This document shows, one piece after another, positions 40,119 through 50,445 of a stretch of DNA of 64,000 nt. The notes under the pieces were generated by a model. That model was not told the DNA's origin. It did no database searches and saw nothing but the letters and a program-made list of their open reading frames with translations. Each line of letters opens with the position of its first letter. Position 1 is the stretch's first letter. Origin of the DNA: Octopus sinensis (taxonomy: Eukaryota); assembly GCF_006345805.1 (NCBI RefSeq), contig NC_042998.1, positions 185,752,001 to 185,816,000 of the forward strand, given 5' to 3'. The position numbers were made by a program, and so were the translations under genes.

Positions 40119-40272
40119 TGTATGTATGTATGTATGTATGTATGTATGTGTGTATGTATGTATGCTTATATGTATGTATGTATGTATGTATGTGTGTATG
40201 TATGTATGCATGTATGTGTGTATGTATGTATGCATGTATGTGTGTATGTATGTATGCTTATATATATGTATG
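39616..40272 (+). repeat. (TG)n then (TATG)n array
   Basis: Direct inspection. Confidence 0.97.
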
Positions 40273-40379
40273 TGTTGAATTTCCTGAGGAAGAATTTGGG
40301 CAAGTGCTGGTTGGTTGAAATCAGTCCAGTTTTTTCACTTGAGTTTGTGGTAGAGTAGCTTTACTCTAATAGAGAATTT

Positions 40380-40985
40380 GCATACATATATACATACATA
40401 CATACATACGTACATACATACGTACATACATATACATACATACATACATAGATACATAATACATACATAGATACATACATACATACATACATACATACAC
40501 ACATACATACATACATACATACATACATACATACACACGTACATACATACATACATACATACATACATACATACATACATACATAGATACATACATACAT
40601 ACATACATACATACATACATACATACATACATACATACATACATACACACACACATACATACATACATACATACACACACATACATACATACATATATAC
40701 ATACATACATACATACACAAATACACATACATACATACACACATACAAACATACATACATACATACATACATACACACATACATACATATATACATACAT
40801 ACATACATACACACATACACACATACACATACATACATACATACATACATACATACACACATACATATGTGCATACATACATACACACACATACATACAT
40901 ACATATATACATATATACACACACATACATACATACATACATACATACATACACACACATACACTCACTTGTGCACACAGACATG
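40380..40985 (+). repeat. (CATA)n array, reverse complement of the adjacent (TATG)n array
   Basis: Direct inspection. Confidence 0.97.
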
Positions 40986-41285
40986 CACACATATGCACAC
41001 TTGTTGAGATGTATAAATGGAAGAAAAACAATGCTTGTAGTAGAGTTTATGTGTTCATTTGAAGTTCATAGTAAACATCTGACATTTTCACTACTTGTGA
41101 CCCATCAAGCAGCAAAAATATTTTTGATGCTATGATAAGTCAGATTGTGTGTGTGTGTGTGTGTGAGTATGCACACATGTGCACGTGCATGCATGTGCAT
41201 GTATGTTTGTTTGTTTGTGTCATACAGCAACTTACAAGGAAATGCAAAAAAATCTGTTTTAAAAATTCCAAATTCTAAAACTTAC

Positions 41286-41386
41286 CATCATAGGGCAATG
41301 AAAATGTACCAACAAGCGGAGGTCTGCGAAACATATTTGCTGTTTTCTTAGAAAGAGTTTGACTGCTGTACTTTATGTGTTTTTTC
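41286..41386 (-). CDS. DNase I-like protein exon (KKHIKYSSQTLSKKTANMFRRPPLVGTFSLPYD)
   Basis: Strong ttcttttattttcccag acceptor and G|gtaagt donor; NMFRRPPLVGTF aligns with DSFSREPAVVKF; its phase-1 end joins the next exon in frame. Confidence 0.82.
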
Positions 41387-42486
41387 CTGGGAAAATAAAA
41401 GAAGAAACAATTTTCATGCATTAATGTAAATTTTCTGTTTTATAGAGGAGAAGAAATAAAATTGCGCTGTTTATAGCAGCTGATTTATTCATTTTATGCA
41501 GAGAAGAAAAGCACATAATGAATGCTTTTTCTTTTTTTTTTTCAAGTTGTTACAAACAAGTAATTAGTAGGCGTAGGAGTGGCTGTGTGGTAAATACCTT
41601 GCTTACCAGCCACATGGTTCCGGGTTCAGTCCCACTGTGTGGCACCTAGGCAAGCGTCTTCTACTATAGCCTCAGGCTGACCAAAGCCTTGTGAGTGGAT
41701 TTGGTAGACGGAAACTGAAAGAAGCCCATCGTATATATGTATATAAATATATATATATGTATGTGTGTATTTGTGTGTCTGTATTTGTCCCCTCAACATC
41801 ACTTGACAACCAATGCTGGTGTGTTTACGTTCCCGTAACTTAGCAGTTCGGCAAAAGAGACCGATAGAATAAGTACTGGGCTTACAAAGAATAAGTCCTG
41901 GGGTCGATTTGCTTGACTAAAGGCGGTGATCCAGCATGGCCACAGTCAAATGACTGAAACAAGTAAAAAAAAAAATTAATTCAAGCTAATATATTTTTCC
42001 TTAATCAGTGATCTCTAAATTTGCAGATGATCCAGTTTCAACATATTGTGCATTGTCAGTGCAGACACTGGGATTACACTGTCCTATGTCAGTTAAAGCA
42101 AAGAAAAACAAGGGTTTATGTTGTTTCCTTTTCAGAAAGAGAGAAAATGATGCAAAATGATAACATTGATACACTTGGATTAGAATAAAATTAAAGTGAA
42201 TGATAGTTATTTTGCTGATAAAGCTGGGAGAAGTTAATCACATGTTCAAGTATTTCAGAAAATTTCCATTTATCTATTTTTCCTCTGTTGGCTTTAACCC
42301 ACAACCCAAGAATGAATCAAAGAAGTCAGAGATTATTTGATTTGTGAAGTGTTGCAGGCTGACCATTTCTATGCCAAAATGCCCAATCTTCTGAAATCTG
42401 AAGTTTTTTCACTGTGAAACTTGAGACAGAAGTAAAACTTTAAATACATTGTTAAACAGAACAGGAGGAGACACATGGGATGGAAA

Positions 42487-42527
42487 GTTGCTGAAGAGGT
42501 TACAGGTGTGTGATGAAAAATTTCCAG
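42487..42527 (+). ncRNA. Minimal hammerhead ribozyme motif (family 2, copy B)
   Basis: GTTG-CTGAAGA-G-GTTACA-GGTG-TGTGAT-GAA-AAATTT-C-CAG: palindromic stem III, UUC triplet, stem I UUG/CAG. Confidence 0.5.
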
Positions 42528-42609
42528 ATAATGGACATACAATAAGAACAGCAATAAATAAGTGAAGAATGAATATGTAGTGTGTGTGTTTATTTGTTTG
42601 TTCCCTCTC

Positions 42610-42897
42610 GTGCCATGTCTGGCTCATAAGGGCCGGTTTCCTGGTTTCCTTGGCGTATAGGTTCCCCACCTGAATGGGACACCAGTTCATCGCAGGTGAG
42701 CTGCAAGATGCAGGAGGAAAGAGTGAGAGAAAGTTGTGGCGAAAGAATCAGCAGAAGTTCGCCATTACCTTCTGCTGGAGCCACGTGGAGCTTAGGTGTT
42801 TCGCTCATAAACACACACATTGCCCGGTCTGAGATTTGAACCCTCGATCCCTTGACCGCGAGTCCGCTACTCTAGACACTAGGCCATATGCCTCCAT
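42610..42897 (-). mobile_element. tRNA-derived SINE family C (head TGGAGGCACATGGCCTAGTGG); second copy at 54620-54906
   Basis: Two similar ~285-bp copies with A box and GGTTC(G/A)AATC B box on minus. Confidence 0.85.
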
Positions 42898-45800
42898 GTG
42901 TGCTTATTTGACTAGAGAAAAATGACCATCCTAAAATATAACAATATTAAAACATATTCATATATCTAAAGCAGATATAATCTTACAATAGAATAATATT
43001 TGAAAGCTATAATCCACTCATGGGCATCAAACTACATTTTTGTTTTATTCATAAAAAATACCTGCCAGAATATATTTTTAACCTTGTTACCTTGATATAT
43101 TTCTTTTATTGCCCACAAGGGGCAAAACATAGAGGAAACAAACAAGGACAGACAAAAGGATTAAGTCGATTACATCGACCCCAGTGTGAAACTGGTACTT
43201 TATTTATCGACCCTGAAAGGATGAAAGGCAAAGTCAACCTCGTTGGAATTTGAACTCAGAATGTAATGACAGATGAAATACCGCGAAGCATTTTGCCCAG
43301 CATGCTAATGATTCTGCCAGCTCACTGCCTTAAACCTATTTCTTTACTACCCACAAGGGGCTAAACACAGAGAGGACAAACAAGGACAGACAAACGGATT
43401 AAGTCGATTATATCGACCCGAGTGCATAACTAGTACTTATTTAATCGACCCCGAAAGGATGAAAGGCAAAGTCAACCTCGGCGGAATTTGAACTCAGAAT
43501 GTAGCAGCAGACAAAATACTGCTAAGCATTTCACCCAGCATGCTAACGATACTGCCAGCTCGCCGCCTTAAACCTTGTTACCTTGATATTGAATGAAAAC
43601 AGCTCATAAGTGTATAGAATTGGCTAATTTGCATAATGGTATGAGTTTGTCAACAACTAAGATATTACTGATAATTCAAAACATCATGAAAATATTTTTT
43701 TTAATTTGCATACTGAAGTGTATTTCATCATCGTCGTTTAACGTCCGTTCTCCATGCTAGCATGGGTTGGACGGTTCGACCGGGGTTCTGGGAAGCCAGA
43801 AGGCTGCACCAGGCTCCAGTCTAATCTGGCAATGTTTCTACAGCTGGATGCCCTTCCTAACGCCAACCACTCCGTGAGTGTATTTATACGTTTAAAACCT
43901 AAGTGGCCTTATTGTAGAATGAAGCTCAAGAAATTAAAGTTTCATTTGATGACAAAATAATAGATTTTCAGGGAAAAAAATGTAGTCTGACTGATATAAA
44001 AATATCGAAACTCTTTTATTCAACAACTATCAGCAAAGAAATCAAGAAATAATTTATGGCAATCCTATAATCTAAATGAAATTGTCATCAAAAGTATTCC
44101 AATTATATTAAAGGGTGACAATTTATTTGTAAATGAACATTTTTGAGAGGTAGTATAACTTTAATACATATAGGGAAATTATATCTGAGGTAAAAGAAAA
44201 AAGGAAAAAAGGACCCGAAATGAAATTATAGTAAACCGAATTTTTTTTAGTGGTTGAAACTATATTTCCTGTTGTAATCTTCAGAATACTGAAAGGAATT
44301 TAATGTATCAGATTAGCCAGAAAAGCTGGCATGAGATTGGCACCTTGATATCATTGATGGATTACAACAATCTTTTTAAACGATTTTTATCTTTCAATAT
44401 GGGATTACATGGGAATGATATTCTAGATACAAACTAGTTACTAGAAACGCATAGCTGAGTGCGTGCAAAGGTTATAGCACACTATGAAATGGGTAATTAA
44501 TTAAAACATTGAAATAAGAGATGAAACTATCTTTCTATTAAAGGAATATTTCTAGAATAGATTTTATTTTCCTACTTATTTAATGTTGGTTTCACATTTT
44601 GGCACAAGGCCAGCAATTTCTGGGGAGGGAGTTCATTGATTACATTGATCCAGTGTTCAACTGGTACTTAATTTATTGACCTTAAAATGATGAATGTTGA
44701 CCTTGGTAGAATTTGAACTCAGAATGTAAAGAAGGAAAAAATACCTATTTCTTTACTACCCACAGAAGGGACAAACAAGGACAGACAAATGGATTAAGTC
44801 GATTATATCGACCCCAGTGCATAACTGGTACTTATTTAATCGACCCTGATAGGATGAAAGGCAAAGTCGACCTTGGCGGAATTTGAACTCAGAACGTAAG
44901 AACGGACGAAATACTGCTAAGCATTTTAGTTGCTGTGCTAACAATTCTGCCAGCTCGCCATTAAGCATTTTGCTTGGTATTCTAATGATTCTGCCAGCTT
45001 ACTGTCTTCCTTTGTTATCTAATATTGGTTTTAAATTTTGGCACAAGGCCAGCAATTTTGGAGAAGAGAGTAAGTTGATTACATCAACCCCAGTGCTCAA
45101 CTGGTACTTATTTTACCGATCCCAAAAGATGAAAGGCAAAGTTAACCTTGGTGGCATTTGAACTCAGAACGTAAAGATGAATGAAATGCTGCTAAGCACT
45201 TTGCCTGCTGTGCAAATGATTGTGCCAGCTTGCTGCCCTATCCTTCCTCTTCTTATTTAATATTAACAGAAAGTATGAGAGGTTGAGACAATCAAGATAG
45301 TAAAAAAATGCTAATCTTGTTGCTTTATTGTATCTAGTTCTCAGTTCAAATTTCTGTCAATTTTGTCTTTAATTCTTCCATAATTAACAAAATAATTAGC
45401 CACAATTATTAAAACTTTTGTCCAGTGGATAGTTAAAAAAAAAATCAGTTAGAAAAAGATAACTAAATATATTGAAGGCGAAAAAATTCCATCATTAAAT
45501 TCCAAAGAAAGTGTAATTAAAAAAAATCAAATAAAGGCAATTCAATTTGAAAACTACGATGTAATATTATTTTCAAATTTAGGCACAAAGCCAGCAATTT
45601 TAGTGGGGGAGTAAAATCAATTACATTGACCCCAGTCTTGAACTGGTACTTATTTTTTCAACTCTGAAAAGCAAAATTGACCGTGGCAGAATTTGAACTC
45701 AGAACATAAAGACTAGCAAAATGCTGAAACTATAATATAATATTCAAATGAGTTTACATGTCACATCTTTTTTTTTACATGTCTTAACCCTTTCGTTACC

Positions 45801-47261
45801 AACCCAGCTGAAACCGGCTCTGGTTCTGAGTACAAATGTCTTGTTTTCATAAGTTTTAAATTAAAATCTTCCACCAAACTTTAGTCACAATTTATGTTCC
45901 CAACACTAGCTGAATGATAACTAAGTTATTTTACTAAATTCTTTGTTATATTTAAAGTAATTGAAAGAAACACAGAGCATCTCAAAATAAATACAGTAAT
46001 GAAAGGGTTAAAGGAGGACATTTCTCAGTGCCTCTAAGACATTTCTCAGTGCCTCTAAGACTAGTGACAGGAAGAGAAGTTATAAAACCAGATTCCTGGC
46101 CCAAATGCTTATAACAAAGTACTCTACTTAAAGCACCCAAGGGCAAGGTATTAACATTTAATTGAGCAAGGGATTCAGTCTATCTACCATTGCTCCCTAC
46201 TGAGCCTCAGTCATCTCTGGTGACATGACATTTCACTGGTCTATCAGAGCTCAAACTTGTGAACTCTCTTGTGAAAAGCTCTTTAGTTTCTTATTAGTAT
46301 TTTAATTCAAGTAAATTGTAGTTAAGACACCCGTGCAAATTGTAGTTAAGACATCCGTGCCGGTGACACGTAAAAAGCACCATCCGAATGTGGCAGATGC
46401 CAGTGCCGCCTGACTGGCATCCATGTCGGTGACACGTAAAAGCACCAACTGATCGTGGCCACTTGCCAGCCTGCCCTGGCTCTTGTGCTGGTGGCACGTA
46501 AAAAACACCCTCTACACTCATGGAGTGGTTGGCATTAGGAAGGGCATCAAGCTGTAGAAACACTGCCAAATCAGACTGGAGCCTGGTGCAGCCTCCATGG
46601 CTTCCAGACCCCAGTCGAACCGTCCAACCCATGCTAGCATGGAAAACTGACGTTAAATGATGATGATGATGAAATAACAATGAAATATCAAGAAAAGAAA
46701 ATAGCTAATATCATTAGAATGTCTATAGTAAAGTTCATTTACTGATAATAAAAAAGAAAAATGCCAGGTAAAGACTGGAAGTGGATAGTTTGAAATGTTA
46801 TCTATGTAACTATTGAATAAATACTGAAGTAGTTATTTTTCATACATACCACATCATTGAATAAAGTTAGTAGATTTGAATCTCAGAATATTTACTTATA
46901 AAGCAGTTTTAAGCATTTTATTAAAGAACATCCCTGTTTTCTTTAAAACCTCAAATCTAATCAGTAAAAAATATTGCATTAAATAATGATAAAAAAAATG
47001 AAGTAACAGGCAGAAAGGATAATAGAATAGCCAGAAAATATGAAGTCAGTTAAGCAGTTGAGCAGAAAATTCCTGGAAGTATGAATAAGCTACTGTGAAT
47101 GTTCAAGTAATAGTTATAATGTTACTGGAGGAAAATCTCAAAAGTTCAATATTTACTCAAAAATTTGATAAATGTCTTACTGACAAATTATTGATGTCAC
47201 AGAAAAGATGAGATAAAGAATATTTCAAATGCAAAGAGAATATTTTCGATTTACAAACTAC

Positions 47262-47320
47262 CTGTGCAATATTAGATGATTCAATTTTTATATTTTTGAG
47301 TCTAAAAATATATTGCCTGC
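47262..47320 (-). CDS. Tentative DNase I-like exon (G-RQYIFRLKNIKIESSNIAQ)
   Basis: gtttttag acceptor, CAG|gtagtt donor; phase-1 start fits the 50399 exon; phase-0 end after ..IAQ recalls the ..IVQ intron position of vertebrate DNASE1. Weak protein similarity. Confidence 0.35.
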
Positions 47321-49140
47321 CTAAAAACGACCCCATACCATCCTATACCAACCTAAATGTTGATTTAAGTACAAAGCAATGAAGTTATTAAGTTGCATTG
47401 CCTTCTCCAGGGTATTAGTTATGTAATACAATCAGGAAAAATCAGATTATAAAATCAATGTTGGAGACCAAAATAGTAAGAGTTTTCAGTTTTTGATTGA
47501 AAAAAAAAAAAATTACATCTGGCATGGTATTATAGAATAATCAAAAAAATAAAAAATAATAAGGTATGCTCTCATTTAATAAGCTATGAAATGAAAAAAT
47601 GGGAAAAAAGAAATGAAAAGGAAGGCTAATGAATAAAGAACAATGTTTTACAATGTCACATTCTTTTTGTACATGTTAAAGTTATGTGAATCATTTCATC
47701 ACTAAGGATAGAAAGCTCCTCGCTTGCAGGTGAAATTTCCCCTGCATTTGACATTGAGACTGCTCACTGACTCAGTACTTAAAAACTTATGTGAAGAAAA
47801 ATGGGTGAAGCCTTAAGACTAAAAATTAATTCATAAAGAATGACAATCTTTATATCCTACCTAACATGGGTGTATTGTTAGAATGTTGTAATTACAGTAG
47901 TATTTGCCTTGAGAAATCTCAAACAGACATTTAGTGCTAAGAAGCACAAAGATGCTTTACATGAATTTGTAAAATTAAATAATTACTATTATTCTGAGCA
48001 CAGATGCACCTCTACAGATTCTTATATACTTACAATTTACCTGTAATACTAAGAAGGTTTTCTACTCCTATGTTACATGGTGGAAATATCGGACTGTTTA
48101 CTCTACTCTTTTACTCTTTTACTTGTTTCAGTCATTTGACTGTGGCCATGCTGGAGCACCGCCTTTAATCGAGCAACTCGACCCCGGGACTTATTTTTTG
48201 TAAGCCCAGTACTTATTCTATCGGTCTCTTTTTGCCGAAACGCTAAGTGATGAGGACATAAACACACCAGCATCGGTTGTCAAGCGATGTTGGGGGGACA
48301 AACACAGACAAACAAACATACATGCACACACATATATATATATATACATATATACGATGGGCTTCTTTCAGTTTCTATCTACCAAATCCACTCACAAGGC
48401 TTTGGTCGGCCCGGGGCTATAGTAGAAGATACTTGCCCAAGGTGCCACGCAGTGGGACTGAACCCTGGAACCATGTGGTTAGTAAACAAGCTACTTACCA
48501 CACGAGTAAGTTTCTTGGTGAATTTAGTCAGTGATTTGTATTGGTTTCCGCTTTTATAATATATCTAAAATTCTAGGGAAGGCAAGAATATCTTACAACC
48601 CCATTACCCTCTATATATAAATCTGTGGCCTTGTCATTAAATAAAACAATACTGAGGGGAGGGTGGGCTTGATTTGATCTAAAAATGTCAGTTGAAGGCC
48701 ATTTCTCTTTTCAAATCCCAGGACACGCTTAACACAGATTAACTAAAAACCAAGAGATGAGAGTTCTTAGATGTGAGTCAATCAAAATCTTTTAGGATAT
48801 CTAATTTGCCATCTCATGAATATAAGCTTTTAAAACTTATTTAATTAGAGCAGAGTTGTACCCATTACAACTACAGGATTTCTTAGACATGCAAGCGGAT
48901 GTGGATGATATTCAGATTAAATTGTTGGAGATGGAGGCATATGTGAGCTGAAATTAGTTCTAAAGAGTTAGTTGTGTGAAAAAGAATTAAAAAAGTCAGA
49001 ATTTGTAGTGAACAAAGTACCTTATTTGTGGTGTGAAAGACACTTGTAGCAAATAACTTCCTTGAATCTACATCTTCCTATAAGTTCTCTCCTTAGTGTT
49101 CTCACCTTTTGCATTTGGAAATTTATGAGTAAACTGTGAC

Positions 49141-49395
49141 TTTATTTACATAATTTACAATTGACAGATATTTGTCCTCATCTTGTTTGTTGTTAACACA
49201 TTTCTGCTGATATACCCTCCAGCCTTCATCAGGTGTCTTGGGGAAATTTTGAGCCTGGGTTCTCATTCCTAAGGTATTTTTCAAGGTTGTTATTATTATT
49301 ATTATTATTATTCAGGTCACTGCCTGGAATTGAACTTGGAATCTTGGGGGTTAGTAACCTGCACTCTTAACCACTACGCCATATGTCCGTGGGCA
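49141..49395 (-). mobile_element. tRNA-headed SINE family D with hammerhead-like 3' body (left copy of an inverted pair)
   Basis: Reverse complement of 49853-50090; tRNA-like head at the right end. Confidence 0.8.
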
Positions 49396-49852
49396 ATTAT
49401 GGAATGGATTTTAGCACTTATAAATCTAATATTCTCCTATCCTTCCTTAATACCGGTTCCCATATGCTGTTCATATCTGAACTCAGTCTACTTAGGAGGT
49501 TGTTGTGTCCTAGCATACGTACAGCTTCTTTTAGTTTTCGCATTTTCCAGTGGTATTCTCTGTCTATTATTTTAACTTCATCCCACCGAGGGAGGTGGTC
49601 TCCATTTTTTCATACAATATTAGCTATACCTGATTTATCAATATCTTCCCGTGTCACAGCTTTGCGATGTTCCTCTGCCCTTATTTTGAGGGGGCGGCAT
49701 GTTTCACCTTTGTATAACATAATTCCTCATCTCTTAAATATAGAACTGTATTATCTAATCAGTACAGAGCCAATATTAGACTTCAGTGGAGACATATAGA
49801 GAAACTCTATATGTTTACTAACCCCAAGATTCCAAGTTTACTATGCTATATG

Positions 49853-50121
49853 GCCACGGGCATATAGCATAGTGGTTAAGAGCGCGGGCTACTAACTCCA
49901 AGATTCTGAGTTTGATTCCACGCAGTGACCTGAATAATAATATCGAAAAATACCTTAGGAATGAGAACCCAGGCTTGAAATTTCCCCAAGACACTTGATG
50001 AAGGCTGGAGGGTATATCAGCTGAAACGTGTTAACAACAAACAAGATGAGGACAAATATCTGTCGATTGTAAATAAGGTAAATAATGTACATAATTCCTC
50101 ATTACTTAAATATAGAACTGT
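49853..50121 (+). mobile_element. tRNA-headed SINE family D (right copy of an inverted pair)
   Basis: Head GGGCATATAGCATAGTGGTTAAGAGC...GAGTTTGATTCC (A/B boxes), then a body with TGATGA-stem-GAAAC. Confidence 0.8.
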
Positions 50122-50398
50122 AAACTGTAACTTGTAACCTTTTTGTGTCAGACTCAGGTCAGGGCTGATTGCAGAGGAAAAGTTCCTCGTTCAGCCTGAC
50201 CTCAGTTAAGAAAGATATACAACCCCAAATCGGCTCTCCCTCTTTGGTTGCTTGGCCTCTGGTTAAAGAGCATCTCTTCAAGTATAGCCTGTCATTTTAT
50301 GACACCACAGCTCTTACATCTTCTACTTGTCTAGACTCTTTTACTCTTTCTTTCACCATAAATCCTCATAGCAGTCAACAGAAGATGCACTTAACTAC

Positions 50399-50445
50399 CT
50401 GTGGACTGGATAACAAAACTACAAATAACCTGTGTACAACTACAA
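50399..50445 (-). CDS. Tentative DNase I-like exon with the mature N-terminal strand (CSCTQVICSFVIQST-G)
   Basis: tttttatag acceptor, G|gtagtt donor; ICSFVIQSTG resembles the I(A/C)(A/S)FNI(R/Q).FG N-terminal motif; no signal-peptide exon found. Confidence 0.4.

Noticed and set aside
41995-42008. U12-like branch motif TTCCTTAAT followed by CAG on plus
   Set aside because: No matching U12 donor or plus-strand exon found.
49020-49105. Minus frame GRCRFKEVICYKC resembling a gypsy gag knuckle or the DNase LGR..YKE motif
   Set aside because: Too short, closed by a stop, and on the wrong side of the 47262 exon for the DNase order.
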